Made by a program: the position numbers and the translations under genes
Shown here: piece by piece, positions 45,652-56,665 of the stretch
How the letters are laid out: every line of letters begins with the position of its first letter
Numbering within the stretch: position 1 is the stretch's first letter
Notes under the pieces: generated by a model
The model's input: only the letters and a program-made list of their open reading frames with translations
The model's database searches: none
What the model was told of the DNA's origin: nothing
DNA from: Rhodothermales bacterium
GTDB taxonomy: Bacteria; Bacteroidota; Rhodothermia; Rhodothermales; Bin80
Assembly (NCBI GenBank): GCA_965216255.1
Contig: OZ244148.1
Coordinates: 4,692,359-4,756,358 of the forward strand
DNA length: 64,000 bases
Direction of reading: 5' to 3'

Positions 45652-45849
45652 TGTTAGTATTCTGTTTGATTGAACATGAATGTGTTTCGGTGCGCATTAT
45701 AGGAATCTGCACCGTCCGAAACAATTTACAGTGCAGTAATCCAGCAATCTCGCACTTCCACAAGCTGTTCGATAACGACTGCCGGAATGTGCACGGCAAA
45801 ATGAGACCAGGGACTGTGAAGTGTTAGTAAAGTGAGCACCCGCGAGGGG

Positions 45850-47390
45850 GATGGGTTCAGGGTGGGTCTGGCGTCTGCTTGTGGCTTGGCCTTCCGGCCC
45901 TGATGGAGTAGTGCATAGGCTATTGGGTTTGTTTATCCAGGCCTCGCGCGGAAGCATGGCGATTTTCGGTATGCCCCGAAGGAAGCGCTCGGGGTTTCGG
46001 GTATAGGCTTTTTCCATGACACGCTGCCGCTGGTTGCGTACTTCACGGCCCCTGCCGCAGTGAACCGTGCACGGACGCATCAGTGCGAGCTCGCTGTGGT
46101 AGTGCACATCGTTGTACCAGTCCATGAACTGCCGCGCCCAGTTCCTGGCATCCTGCAGGGACCCGAATGGCTGCGGATAGCCTGCGTGGTACTTCATCGT
46201 CTTGAATTGCGCTTCGGAAAACGCGTTGTCATTCGAGCAGTAGGGCCGTGAGAACGAGCGGCGCACGCCGAGATCGGCCAGTAGCTGGGTACACCTCACA
46301 CCATGGGCGAGCCGCGCTCGCAGTGGATGACCAGCTGGTGGGGGCTGACGCCCTGACGCATACAGGTCGTGTTGATGAACTCTCGGGCCAGATCGGTCGA
46401 TTCGCCCGGCGCCACCATCCAGCCCACCACGTACCGACTGAAGATGTCGAGCATCACGTACAGCGCGAAGCTGGTCCACTACTGCGGACCACGAAGCTTG
46501 GTCGCGAGTCAACTCCACACCGGGTTGGGGGCTGTGGCCAAAAGCTCAGGTTTCTTGTACGGCGGGTGGACGAGTTGATTTCTTCTCTCGCGTATCTGAT
46601 TGTATTTCGTGAGGATAGAATACATCGTACGCCAGTGGCACAGTTACTTGCCCTCGTCCTGCAGCGTAGCCCATATCTGGCGCGGAGGCATGTCCCGGAA
46701 CCGTTCCGAGTTCATGATCCCGTGGATCTGGGCTCGCTCCTCTGCCGGGAGCCGGCCCTTGTTGGGCCGCCGCCGCTTCTTCTGCGGCACGACCAGAGGC
46801 CGCTGGCTCCGGCAGTAGGTGGTCCTCGAGAGCCCCACATGCTGGCAAGCGGCGCGTATTCCCATGACTGGCACAAGCTGCTTCACGATCTCTGTCTTCA
46901 GCAATCTTCGTTGCTTTGGCTGCTGATCCCAAAAGCGTCCGAGATTTTTTATTGCAGCTCTATGATCGTCTCCGCCCTCGAGAGACGCTCCTTGACGCGC
47001 CGGTTCTCCTTGTGTGCCGCTTCCAGCTGGGCCGTCAGAGCGGCAATCTCCGTGGCGGCCTGTTGGCCGCCTACCAGCACACCCTCGCTGCGCTGCTTGC
47101 GCCACTGTGACAGATGGGAAGCGAGAGCCCTTCCCTGCGGAGTAGCGAACCGATGTCCTTGCTCTGCTTGCAGGCATCGGCTTCCTGGAGAATCCGGAGC
47201 TTGTACGCTGCCGAGAATCGACGCCGCCGGGCCCGCGGAACCACTTCCGTGGGCGGTCTGTCGATTGCCCCGTTAGTCTGTGATGTGAGGCCGTTTTCCA
47301 TGGCATGGAATAGTTGAGTGAGTCGGGTAAAAGACAGTTGAATATGGCCATCTCTCCCCTCGACGCGGGGCACGTCATTTCACTAACTCA
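45850..47390 (-). mobile_element. Decayed IS3-family element
   Basis: orfA-like ..RRRFSAAYKLRILQEADAC..IGSLLRREGL (47071..47373). Integrase-core pieces ..RSFSRPYCSNDNAFSEAQFKTMKYH..WYNDVHYHSELALM.. (45697..46518), plus pieces in 46644..47378, sit in several frames. The ends are approximate. Confidence 0.65.
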
Positions 47391-47663
47391 GGTCCCAATG
47401 TGTCTCACTTAATCTATGCACGGAGGGTGCTACGATGTCAATTCCCGCCACAGCAGCCGCTTGCCGACCATAGCGGTTACGACGTGGGCCACAACGTCAA
47501 GGCCATGCTGCGCCCTGTGGGTAAGCGGAATCGTACAGAAGGGCCATCTGGCGGAAGCGCATGCGGCACCCTGAGCGTTGGAGCCTCCATTCCTAGTCAC
47601 CCGGGAGGTTGCGGAACACCGGGCGACACGCGCTGTAGCGCAGACGGAATTGGCCATCGGAGG

Positions 47664-50291
47664 ATGAAGCTCGCAGCGCTGTCATACGTGCGGACGTGGC
47701 TGCAGCCAGGGCGTGTGGCGTGTGCTCATGTGTGCCTGGTGTTTGCTGCGCTAGCGCCAGGTGTCGCGGGCGGGCAGCCTATTCGCCTGGAGCTGGAGGC
47801 GGCGCCGCTTCGCGCCGCCCTCCTCGAGTTTGCGCGCGCGCAGCGCTTGGATATCGTGTTTTCGGAGCGACAGGTGGCAGACAGGCGCGCCACGTGCTCC
47901 TATCTGGGGAACTCCGCCGGGGAGGCCCTCGCATGCCTGCTTACCGGCCATCCGCTGACGGCTGAGCGCATACGGCGGCGGCAATACGTCCTTTTGTACC
48001 GGGCCGAGCCGCGAAGCGCTGCGCTGCGCGGCTTCGTCCAGGACGGTGCCACGGGCGAAGTGCTGCCGAGGGCTCACATCTATGTGCCAGCGCTCCGCAT
48101 CGGCACGGTAGCCAATGAGGCCGGCTATTTTGCCCTGCCGTCGTTGCCGCGCGAGGCTTACCGGGTGCGCATATCCTACGTGGGCTACGCACCGCGCGAT
48201 ACCACGCTGCAGGCCGGAGCGTCCCTGGCGCACATTACGCTGGTGCAGATTGACCTTCTGCGGGCCGAATTGTTGGTGGAGGCGCCGCGGAGTGGCGCCG
48301 AAGTGCGCCATGCAGAAGTCCCTGTCCGCGTGCTGCAGCAGCTGCCCGCCTTTCCGGGCGAGCCGGACCTGCTGCAGGCTCTGCAGTGGCTGCCCGGAGT
48401 GCGCAAGGCAGGCTCCGCGTTTTCGGGTATCATTGTGCGGGGAGGTCAGCCCGACCAGAACCTCTATCTTCTGGACGGGGCGCCTGTGTATCACCCCTGG
48501 CATGCCTTCAGCCTTGTTTCGCTGTTTCAGCCGGAGACGTTCAAGCAGATCAGGTTGTACCAGGGTTCTTTCCCGGCCGAATATGGCGGCCGCCTGTCCG
48601 CGGTGCTGGATGCCGAGCTCCGGGATGGCCGCGGCGAATCGCGGGCGCTTGTAGCCGTTGGCGCACTCAGCGGGCGATTCATTGTGGAGCAGCCGCTGGG
48701 CGGCGGCCTCTCGGTCATGCTCTCTGGCCGGCGCTCCTATCTTGACCGCATCCTCGGCACGCGGCATGCCGTGGAGGAATCCGGCGTGAGGGATACGCTG
48801 CGTACCGGCTATTTCTTTTATGACATGAGCGGCAAGGTCACGTGGCGTCCCTCCGAGCGTCACCGACTTTCGGTGAGCGCCTATTCGGGCAGCGACGTCT
48901 TTGACGTGCGGCTTCCGTTCGAGCTCTCGCCCAATATCCAGTCCTGGCTCCGGCCTGCCAGTCTCTTCTTCGAAATCGACACGCGCTGGGGCACGAGCCT
49001 GTTCAGTACGCGGTACCAGTATCTTTACTCCACCAGGCTATTCCTCACGGCCACGGGCTATATGTCCCGCTACCGGGCAGATGAGGGCATCCTGATCCGG
49101 CCCGCGGAGTCATCTTCCGTTTTGTCGGACTACATTGTGGACCTGCGCGATGTGGGTCTGAAGCTGGACCTGGACTATTACCTTGGCTTGGTCCACCAGA
49201 TTCGCATGGGGTTGCGCGGTGTGGTGCGCTCATTCTACAGTAGCCTCGATGCGCGCGTGCAGCGCTCGCCAGGCAGCGTTGACGTGACCGGCGAGGAGAG
49301 TGAGTTGGCGTCGGTGGAGCTTGTGGCGTACGTGCAGGATACCTGGCAGCCTTTCCCGGGCTGGGAAATCCAGTCCGGGCTGCGTGCCAGCGCCTTGCGC
49401 GGCAGGTCTCTTATCGGGCTTGCTCCCCGGTTGGCCGTGCAGTTTGCTACCGGAGAGCTAACCGTGCGGGCCTCGGCCGGTCGTCACATCCAGTACCTGC
49501 ACCGCATACGCGACCGTCATTCGCTGCTATACGATATGGTGTCGACGCGTTGGGTCCCCGTCAGCAGCGTGGTTGATGCCTCGGCGAGCGTTCATGTCTC
49601 AGCCGGCGTCGAGCGCACGGGGCCCTCCGGCATCGCTGCGAGTGCCGACGCATATCTGCACCGGGCCCGGGGTGTGCTGCTTCCCCGGGATGCGTTTCAG
49701 TACAAGGACGGCCTGGAAGGGCCGGGCATCCAGGTAGGCACGCTGCTGGGACAGTATGCGAGGGGATCCGCTCGCGCCTACGGTGTGGAAATGACGCTGA
49801 GACGGGAGCGGGGGCCGTGGCAGACCTGGCTGGGCTATGCCCTCGGGCGCTCGGAAACCCGGGTGCCAGACGAACGCTACAGGCCGGTGCGCTTTGACGT
49901 GCCCCAGGAGATGCGCACGGCCGTGCGGCGCGCCCTGGGCCCGTGGACCTTTTCTCTTTCTGCCGTCTGGCGCACGGGCCTGCCCCTCACCGTCCCGGTG
50001 GCGCGCTACGCCATAGGAGGCCCGCTGGACCGCGCGCCCACAAGGTACCTGTACCGCCCGGCGGTAAACAATGGACGCCTGCCTCCGTACCTGCGCTTTG
50101 ACGTGCTGGCGGGCTATGCCTTCGAGTGGGGGCCGGCACATTTGCGGGTGCAGGTCCAAGCCTACAATCTCACGAACCGCCGCAATGTGATCAACCGTTT
50201 GTACAATCCCGATACGGCCGGCTCCGTGGTGGCAAGCGACCGGCGCGGCCTGCCCATTCTGCCCCTGTTCGAAATCCAGGCCACGTTCTAG
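47664..50291 (+). CDS. TonB-dependent outer-membrane receptor with STN-like and carboxypeptidase-regulatory-like N-terminal domains
   Basis: Start moved to the ATG at 47664 (MKLAALSYVRTW..ALAPGVAGG signal). LRGFVQDGATGEVLPRAHIYV..GYFAL is CarbopepD_reg-like. Plug and barrel follow. The terminal ..LFEIQATF ends in Phe, as in OM beta-barrels. Confidence 0.8.
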   Translation: MKLAALSYVRTWLQPGRVACAHVCLVFAALAPGVAGGQPIRLELEAAPLRAALLEFARAQRLDIVFSERQVADRRATCSYLGNSAGEALACLLTGHPLTAERIRRRQYVLLYRAEPRSAALRGFVQDGATGEVLPRAHIYVPALRIGTVANEAGYFALPSLPREAYRVRISYVGYAPRDTTLQAGASLAHITLVQIDLLRAELLVEAPRSGAEVRHAEVPVRVLQQLPAFPGEPDLLQALQWLPGVRKAGSAFSGIIVRGGQPDQNLYLLDGAPVYHPWHAFSLVSLFQPETFKQIRLYQGSFPAEYGGRLSAVLDAELRDGRGESRALVAVGALSGRFIVEQPLGGGLSVMLSGRRSYLDRILGTRHAVEESGVRDTLRTGYFFYDMSGKVTWRPSERHRLSVSAYSGSDVFDVRLPFELSPNIQSWLRPASLFFEIDTRWGTSLFSTRYQYLYSTRLFLTATGYMSRYRADEGILIRPAESSSVLSDYIVDLRDVGLKLDLDYYLGLVHQIRMGLRGVVRSFYSSLDARVQRSPGSVDVTGEESELASVELVAYVQDTWQPFPGWEIQSGLRASALRGRSLIGLAPRLAVQFATGELTVRASAGRHIQYLHRIRDRHSLLYDMVSTRWVPVSSVVDASASVHVSAGVERTGPSGIAASADAYLHRARGVLLPRDAFQYKDGLEGPGIQVGTLLGQYARGSARAYGVEMTLRRERGPWQTWLGYALGRSETRVPDERYRPVRFDVPQEMRTAVRRALGPWTFSLSAVWRTGLPLTVPVARYAIGGPLDRAPTRYLYRPAVNNGRLPPYLRFDVLAGYAFEWGPAHLRVQVQAYNLTNRRNVINRLYNPDTAGSVVASDRRGLPILPLFEIQATF

Positions 50292-50292
50292 C

Positions 50293-51201
50293 ATGCTGTG
50301 GCGTCCCGTCCTGCTGATTTCCGTGTTGCTGCTCGTGCGGTGCGACTCGGCGCTGCCGACCGGGCAGAGCGTGCTCGTCGTCGAGGCGTTCCTGGAATCG
50401 GATGCGCCGCTTCCCAAGCTGGTGCTCCGCGAGACCCGTCCCCTGAACAGGCCCTATCCGCTCGATGGCACCACGGTAGTCCAGGACGCGGATGTCACTC
50501 TTTGGCTGGACGCCGAGTCGGTCACGTACCGGCCCGACGGATCGGGTCGGTATGCGCCCTCCCGCATGCTCCGTGCCAGCCCTCGGCTGCCGGCCAGGCT
50601 TGAGGCTCGCTGGCAGGATCAGCGCGTTACGGCAGAGAGCACCATACCACCGCACCTCGCGCTTGACAGCGTCACGGTACGCGTGCCAAGCGCCCCCGTG
50701 GATGGCATCATCCTCGACTCGCTCTTCATCGATCCGCAACTTGTGGATTCCCTGCGGCTGGACTCCCTTCGAACGGGGGCGGCGCAAGGACTGGTATACC
50801 TTATCGAGGTCACCGCCCACTGGCGCGTGGCCTACGCCGAAACAGGGGCTGACAGCGCATACTGGATTCACACGCAACTGCGCCATGACCTGCAGGGAAG
50901 CCGGCGTCTGGATGATTTCTTTCTGCGCCCGGAACAGCTCTTTAGGGAGCGCGCTATCAGACTGGGCCCCCGGGGCGAGCGGAGCTGGACGGGTGTCTAT
51001 GCCATCCCCGTGGAGGCGCAAGCGGCGCCGGTGCCGAAGCACCTCTTGCGTGTGGCCGTGGTGCGCACCACGCAGGCCTACGCCCGCTTTGTCTCCGGGA
51101 CGCGCGATCCCCAGCGAAGGGAGCCCCCGGGCAACATTGAAGGCGGCATCGGTATTTTTGTAGGTGTGTCGGTCGATTCGCAGCAGGTTATGGTGGAATG
51201 A
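50293..51201 (+). CDS. DUF4249-type lipoprotein (usual partner of Bacteroidota TonB receptors)
   Basis: Lipobox-like MLWRPVLLISVLLLVRC. It starts 1 nt after the receptor stop. The family assignment rests on position and overall pattern, not on a unique motif. Confidence 0.55.
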   Translation: MLWRPVLLISVLLLVRCDSALPTGQSVLVVEAFLESDAPLPKLVLRETRPLNRPYPLDGTTVVQDADVTLWLDAESVTYRPDGSGRYAPSRMLRASPRLPARLEARWQDQRVTAESTIPPHLALDSVTVRVPSAPVDGIILDSLFIDPQLVDSLRLDSLRTGAAQGLVYLIEVTAHWRVAYAETGADSAYWIHTQLRHDLQGSRRLDDFFLRPEQLFRERAIRLGPRGERSWTGVYAIPVEAQAAPVPKHLLRVAVVRTTQAYARFVSGTRDPQRREPPGNIEGGIGIFVGVSVDSQQVMVE

Positions 51202-51881
51202 CCCCGAAATCGCAGCCATGCGTAGTGCCCGAAGGCCGGGAAGGGACGGTAACGGCGCTGGAGCCGGTGCGCGGACAGGCGGGTCTTGTGCATCTCCATC
51301 TGGATGGAGCTTTTGCGCTGGCTGTTGATCGGCGCACGGTGGCCGGGCTTGGGATCCGCGTGGGCGCGCGTCTTGATGCGGCAGCGTGGCAGCGTCTGTG
51401 CGCGGCAGAGGCGCAGCGCAAGGCGCACGAGATGGCGCTGCAGTATGTGGGGCGCGCTCCGCGGACGCAAGAGGAGGTCCGCCGCAGGCTCCTGAGCACC
51501 GGCTTCGCGGAGGATGTGGCCGCAGCCGCCCTGCACAAGCTCCGGGAGGCGCACTATGTGGACGACGCCGTGTATGCGCGCCAGTATGTCGAAAACCGCT
51601 TCCAGGACAGGGGATTCGGACCCGCGCGGTTGCATGCGGAGCTTCGGCGCCGGGGCGTGGCGGAAGATATTGCGTGGCAGGCTGCTGTGAATCTTGCCGC
51701 GAGCGAGGATATGCTGGAGGCGGCGCGCCGCGCGGCCGAAAAGCGGTGGCCGCGTCTGACACGGGCGGGGGACCTGCACGGTGCGACCCGGAAACTCGCA
51801 GGCCATCTGGCGCGCCGCGGCTATGCCACCGAGACGGTGCGGAAAGTGGTGGAAGAATTTCGGGGGCGTCATGGATCATGA
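51198..51881 (+). CDS. recX: RecA regulator RecX
   Basis: Three-fold helical repeats typical of RecX (..ALQYVGRAPRTQEEVRRRL..GFAEDVAAAALHKL..YVDDAVYARQYV..GPARLHAELRRRGV..). The ATG overlaps the upstream stop. Confidence 0.8.
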   Translation: MTPKSQPCVVPEGREGTVTALEPVRGQAGLVHLHLDGAFALAVDRRTVAGLGIRVGARLDAAAWQRLCAAEAQRKAHEMALQYVGRAPRTQEEVRRRLLSTGFAEDVAAAALHKLREAHYVDDAVYARQYVENRFQDRGFGPARLHAELRRRGVAEDIAWQAAVNLAASEDMLEAARRAAEKRWPRLTRAGDLHGATRKLAGHLARRGYATETVRKVVEEFRGRHGS

Positions 51882-51974
51882 AACTGCCCGCGCCCTTCTG
51901 CCGGAGCCGGTCGCAAGGGGCATGCCAAGGGCGCTTGCCAGAAGCTGGCCCCGCAGTTTCCGGGAGCGGATTCC

Positions 51975-52748
51975 ATGAATGTGGAGGCTGCCTGTCATGT
52001 GGTGCGCCGCCGAGGCGGGACGCCCGTAGAGACGGTGATCGTTTTGGGATCCGGCCTGGGCGGCGTAGCGGAGTCCGTAGCGGCGGCATGCTCCGTTGAC
52101 GTGCGGGAAGTACCCGGCTACGCCGCGCCCGGTACTGCGGGACACCGCGGGCGGCTCGTCGTCGGCATGCTGGCAGAAAGGCCCGTTCTGCTGTTGCAGG
52201 GAAGAAGCCATCTGTATGAAGGTGTGACCGCTGACCAGGTGGCGTTTCCCATTTGTCTGGCACATGCCCTGGGTGCGCGGAGCCTGATCACGACATGCAG
52301 CGCAGGAGCCATCAACAGGACCTATGCGCCGGGCATGCTGATGGTGATGGCGGACCACATCAGGGCCGGGCTTCGCAGTTTCCCGGGGCGCAGAAAGTGC
52401 CCTGTGTATGATGCTCGGTGGCGGGCGCGCGTTATGGAAGAGGCCGGGCGCTCGGACCTGCCCGTGGTGGAGGGGACGTACCTCTGGACGCTCGGCCCCA
52501 GCTACGAGACGCCGGCGGAGATTCGCTATTTTGCGCGCCTCGGCGCGGATGCCGTAGGTATGAGCACGGTGCCCGAAGCGCTGCAGGCCCGCGCACTGGG
52601 CATGCGCGTTTTCGGACTTGCACTTATCACAAACCCGGCGGCCGGATTGGCGGCACGGCCGCTTGACCACGCGGACGTCCTGCAGGCGGGGCGAGGTGCC
52701 CGGCTCCTGGTGGAGCGTCTCGTAACAATCGCCACGCGCGCCGCATAA
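51975..52748 (+). CDS. Purine nucleoside phosphorylase (PNP/MTAP family)
   Basis: ..VLGSGLG.., GHRGRLVVG.., LLQGRSHLYEG.., GPSYETPAEIRYFARLGADAVGMSTVPE.., ITNPAAG. Confidence 0.85.
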   Translation: MNVEAACHVVRRRGGTPVETVIVLGSGLGGVAESVAAACSVDVREVPGYAAPGTAGHRGRLVVGMLAERPVLLLQGRSHLYEGVTADQVAFPICLAHALGARSLITTCSAGAINRTYAPGMLMVMADHIRAGLRSFPGRRKCPVYDARWRARVMEEAGRSDLPVVEGTYLWTLGPSYETPAEIRYFARLGADAVGMSTVPEALQARALGMRVFGLALITNPAAGLAARPLDHADVLQAGRGARLLVERLVTIATRAA

Positions 52749-52831
52749 AGATGGCGCTGCAGAGTTGCAATTGCGCGTGTGGCACCGGATCTTAGGCCCA
52801 TACCTGCCATCAAACCCCGGGCCTATTCTGC

Positions 52832-53218
52832 ATGAGCTACGAATCGGATTCGAGAGAACGTTACCCGCGCAATGTGCCGAGGCATCCCTTCGATCGTCAG
52901 CCCAGTGGGGACGGACCAAGGTATCGGGACGAGATCTATTCCCAGCGCGTTCCCGCCGGACGGCGCACGTACTTCTTCGATGTCAAGTCGACGAAATCCG
53001 GTGAAGATTACTTCATTGTCGTCACCGAGAGCAAGCGCGTGGACGAGCATCGCTACGAAAAGCACAAGATTTTTCTTTACAAGGAAGACTTTGCCAAATT
53101 TCTTCGCGGATTGCACGACGTGATGAAGCATATCGGCGAGGAATGCCTTCCCGATTACGATTTTGGGGAAATGCCGGCCATGGAATATCTGCCATCGGAC
53201 GGTGAAGGCGACTCCTAG
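52832..53218 (+). CDS. PUR-alpha-like nucleic-acid-binding protein (DUF3276)
   Basis: ..RRTYFFDVKSTKSGEDYFIVVTESKR.....KIFLYKEDFAKFLRGL.. matches the Bacteroidota DUF3276 pattern. Confidence 0.7.
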   Translation: MSYESDSRERYPRNVPRHPFDRQPSGDGPRYRDEIYSQRVPAGRRTYFFDVKSTKSGEDYFIVVTESKRVDEHRYEKHKIFLYKEDFAKFLRGLHDVMKHIGEECLPDYDFGEMPAMEYLPSDGEGDS

Positions 53219-54552
53219 TGGGGAGCCGGCTTCGGACGGCGCGGATGCTGCCCATTGTAGGGGGTGCTGAGTGGAAGGAGCGCCTGGATGCTGTACTGGC
53301 GCGGCGGGCCACGTTCGACCCGCAGGTGGAACAGGCTTCCTCCGCCATTGTGCGCGATGTGGCTGCGCGCGGAGATGCGGCGGTCCTGGACTATACGGAG
53401 CGCTTTGACGGGGTGCGGCCCTCGCCCATCGCTGTTCCTGAATCCGCGCTTCTATCCAGCCTGGAGGCCGCAGACCCGGTGTGGCTGCGCTACCTGGCGG
53501 CCGCGGCTGAGAATATCCGGCGCTTCCACGCGCGCCAGCTCCCCTCAAGCTGGTACACGGATGATGGTGACGGCGTCCGGCTCGGGCAGCGCGTGGTGCC
53601 GATTGAGCGCGCCGGACTGTACGTACCTGGGGGTACTGCGGCCTATCCATCCAGCGTACTCATGACCGCCATCCCCGCGCAGGTGGCCGGAGTGGACGGT
53701 ATTCACCTGGTGTCGCCGCCTGGGCCGGACGGCTTGCCGCATGCACAGGTCATGGCCGCAGCCTGTTTGCTCGGGCTAACAAACGTGTATGCCGTGGGCG
53801 GGGCACAGGCGATTGGAGCGCTCGCCCATGGCACGGAGTCCATTCCCCAGGTGGACAAGATCGTGGGGCCGGGAAGCGCCTATGTTACCGCGGCCAAGAA
53901 AGTGGTGTATGGCCTTGTCGACATCGACGCGCTGGCGGGCCCCAGCGAAGTCGTGGTACTGGCCGACGATTCGGTCAACACCGAATGGGTGGCCTGTGAC
54001 CTCTTGGCCCAGGCCGAGCATGATGCCCGCGCGTCCGCCATCCTGGTGACGACTCACGCGCAGGTAGCCAAAAGCGTACGGTGCCATGTTCTGCGCATGG
54101 TGCCTACGATGGAGCGACGCGCCATCCTGGAGCGGTCGCTTGCGGACTATGGAGCCTGCGTTGTCGCGCGAGACAGGGCAGAAGCCCTTGGCGTGGTAAA
54201 TGCCCTTGCGCCCGAGCACCTGGAGCTCATGGTAAGGCAGCCCTGGCAGGTACTGGAATCAATCCGCCATGCGGGGGCCATCTTTGTTGGTCCCTATTCG
54301 CCGGAAACGGTAGGAGACTACATTGCGGGCCCCAATCATGTGCTTCCCACCGGCGGAACGGCGCGCTATGCGTCGGCACTGGGCGTTGAGGACTTTGTCC
54401 GGCGTCAATCCGTGGTTGGCTATTCACGTGCCCGGATACAGAAGACTGCGCCGGCCATCAGTCTTCTGGCGCAGGGAGAGGGCCTACCGGCGCATGCGAG
54501 AGCCGCCGAAGTGCGGCTTGTCGACCCGGCGGGGGCCGACTCCTCCGGGTGA
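53218..54552 (+). CDS. hisD: Histidinol dehydrogenase
   Basis: ..[10 protein letters not shown].., ..[17 protein letters not shown].., ..[17 protein letters not shown].., ..[10 protein letters not shown].., ..QAEHD.., ..[14 protein letters not shown]... The start is either the GTG at 53218 or the ATG at 53245. Confidence 0.9.
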   Translation: MGSRLRTARMLPIVGGAEWKERLDAVLARRATFDPQVEQASSAIVRDVAARGDAAVLDYTERFDGVRPSPIAVPESALLSSLEAADPVWLRYLAAAAENIRRFHARQLPSSWYTDDGDGVRLGQRVVPIERAGLYVPGGTAAYPSSVLMTAIPAQVAGVDGIHLVSPPGPDGLPHAQVMAAACLLGLTNVYAVGGAQAIGALAHGTESIPQVDKIVGPGSAYVTAAKKVVYGLVDIDALAGPSEVVVLADDSVNTEWVACDLLAQAEHDARASAILVTTHAQVAKSVRCHVLRMVPTMERRAILERSLADYGACVVARDRAEALGVVNALAPEHLELMVRQPWQVLESIRHAGAIFVGPYSPETVGDYIAGPNHVLPTGGTARYASALGVEDFVRRQSVVGYSRARIQKTAPAISLLAQGEGLPAHARAAEVRLVDPAGADSSG

Positions 54553-55099
54553 GGAAGGCAGCGCCCCTCCGCGCCAGGTGGGCGAAGTCGGGGCTAAGGG
54601 TTGCACGCCGTTGCCGTAGCCCTCACGCAAGAGGCCTGGGGCCGCCGGCATTGGTGCCTATTGCTTGCCCGGAAATGAGCGGGATTCGGTGTTGTAGACA
54701 AATAGGGTCTGCACGATCTGGTTGCCAACCTGTTGCCACGACCACAGAGTCTGTCGGAGGCCGTCCCATTCGTAGGCTAAAGGCAAGTGCGGTTTGCGCG
54801 CGGCATTAGGACTTTTTGCCTGTGCACTATGCTCCGGTTGGGGCTGCGGTAGTCCCATCGTCCAATGGCGTTCAATCCGCCTCACGGATTTCATGGTGGT
54901 AGCGGTGGATGGTAACACCCGTCATACCTATCGCGCGACTCAGCACATTCCTTACCTGTCTGGGACCGAGCATGCAGTGCAAGTGAGGCAGTCCGGACCA
55001 GGCCATGGCGTGCTCCGCAGGTGTAACGAGGCGGCCCCTTTGAAGTGGCCGCCTACTCCACAACCACTATCGGGGCCTGCTCATCGGCTCCACCTTCCG

Positions 55100-56001
55100 T
55101 CAGCCGCAGAGGCTCCGTCCTGTCCGGGTATTGCATATAAATGTCGTAAGAATGAACCGAATCGTTAACGGTAGAACGCCCCTCGTAGACATACCATGCC
55201 CCATTTGGCGACCATGCATGGTAGGTGGCATGCTCTTCAGGTACAGTGATGCGCTCCAGACCGGATCCGTCCGGCTTAATTTGGAATAGGCTACTGGTGC
55301 CTGCCTGTACGGAGGTCTACGTAATAGTGCCGCCGTCCGGCCGCCAGGAAGGCGGCCCGGCACGGTATGGCCACCCGGCCGCCGTCGTATCACGTTCCGG
55401 ATAATGCGTCAGCCGGCGAGGCGGCAAAGATGCGTCCATTCTTAGGATGTAGAGCTCTTCGCTGAAGCCCGGGTCTCGCTTGGATCGCTGCATGGCACCG
55501 CAGAATACGATGGAGCCTCCGTCCGGCGAAAAGGCGGGATCGTTGGCATAGGCCATTCCTTGGGTCGATCCTACGAAGGAGCCTGCCCGCGAGGTCGATC
55601 AGGTAGAAGGCGCTCTCTACCGAGGGGTGGGGATTGACTACAAGCTCGGTTCCCCGGAACCGGCTGCCGATTCAACTATCCCGTAGGCGTAGGTCGCTGA
55701 TCCGTTGGACGTTTTCGCCGGATGTGCTCATTTGGTAGAGAAATTAGCAACGCCTGCAAGTATCCCTGTCCGATACAAAGAACAGCCGGTCGCCGTAGGC
55801 ATGGAAAACCCAGTCGAGACCGGGGCTGTTGGTGATGTTGCGCTTCTGGCTGCCGCCGAGATCCATGACGAAGATCTCATAGTCGATAGTGGCGGCGCCT
55901 AGAAGAGGGTTGTACGCGATTTTGTACACAGGCGGCGGCGAAGAGCATGCAACGCACAACAGAAGAGCGACAAGACCTGCCGTCCACGCACCTGGCTGCA
56001 C
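55100..56001 (-). pseudogene. Decayed TolB-like PD40 beta-propeller lipoprotein gene
   Basis: N-terminal lipobox (LLLCVACSS) plus ..DYEIFVMDLGGSQKRNITNSPG.. in 55744..56001. PD40-type ..PAFSPDGGSIVF.. and ..PSWRPDGG.. occur in 55317..55556. The intervening pieces are in other frames. Confidence 0.5.
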
Positions 56002-56178
56002 CCGGAGACTCCGTCTAAGTTTTGGTAGGAGTGGAGTCTTGCGCCATGCCCCAGGCCGACCCCGACCTAGTTGAATGCCGAAGCGAGCGCCGCGCGTAGC
56101 GCGGGCCGTCGCCGCTGGAATCAGAAATTGGGGCGCAAACGGATGTCCTGGATTCGCTGCGACCAGACCGAAGTAGTC

Positions 56179-56589
56179 CTACCGTGCCGCTGACGCAAAC
56201 GTATTTCTAACGCGCACCGATTTCTTGAAATACCCTGTCCACAGGAGCGCCCACACTATCGAGAAACCGACGATTTGTGAAAGCACGACAACGGTATCTG
56301 CCAGTTCCTCCCGGCTCATCTGCCCACCACTCTCCACGAACACACTTATCGAACGCAGGGTCATCAAGGCCACCACGACCCACAGCATGGCGATATTCCA
56401 CGTCGGTGCTTTCGGAGACCTAAATGGAATAAGTAGCAGTGGAACGGCGAGCAGGAGAAAGATTGCGGCCACAAGCCAAATGGGATATTCGAAGAACCAT
56501 CCTGAAAGGCCCATTGAGTAGACCATCAGGGGAGGGATTGAACCGATCAAGTAAGTAAACCAGTAGCCACCCCTTGATGCCTTCCACAT
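56179..56589 (-). CDS. Membrane protein, DUF2569-like
   Basis: Four hydrophobic segments and the family-typical ending ..YFKKSVRVRNTF. Confidence 0.5.
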   Translation of the reverse strand: MWKASRGGYWFTYLIGSIPPLMVYSMGLSGWFFEYPIWLVAAIFLLLAVPLLLIPFRSPKAPTWNIAMLWVVVALMTLRSISVFVESGGQMSREELADTVVVLSQIVGFSIVWALLWTGYFKKSVRVRNTFASAAR

Positions 56590-56665
56590 TGTCAGCTCCC
56601 ATCGGAATGTCCAGGGTTTGGCGACGAACTCCAGGACGTGTCAACGTCCGCGATTCGTGAGGTAA

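Noticed and set aside
46248-47276. A 342-aa + strand ORF.
   Set aside because: It is antisense to the decayed IS3 element, whose orfA/orfB homology is on the minus strand. The translation is low-complexity.
47751-48863. A 370-aa minus-strand ORF.
   Set aside because: It is antisense to the TonB-dependent receptor gene, is Arg/Ala/Gly/Pro-rich and has no recognisable domain.
50191-52263. A 690-aa ORF on the minus strand, one of the longest in the track.
   Set aside because: It is antisense to three well-supported + strand genes (DUF4249, recX, PNP). The translation is a Pro/Arg/Ala/Gly-rich low-complexity string with no motif, which is the typical shadow ORF of high-GC DNA.
51876-53650. Minus-strand ORFs of 347 aa (51876..52919) and 275 aa (52823..53650).
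   Set aside because: They are antisense to PNP, DUF3276 and hisD, which have strong motif support. Their composition is typical of GC-rich shadow frames.
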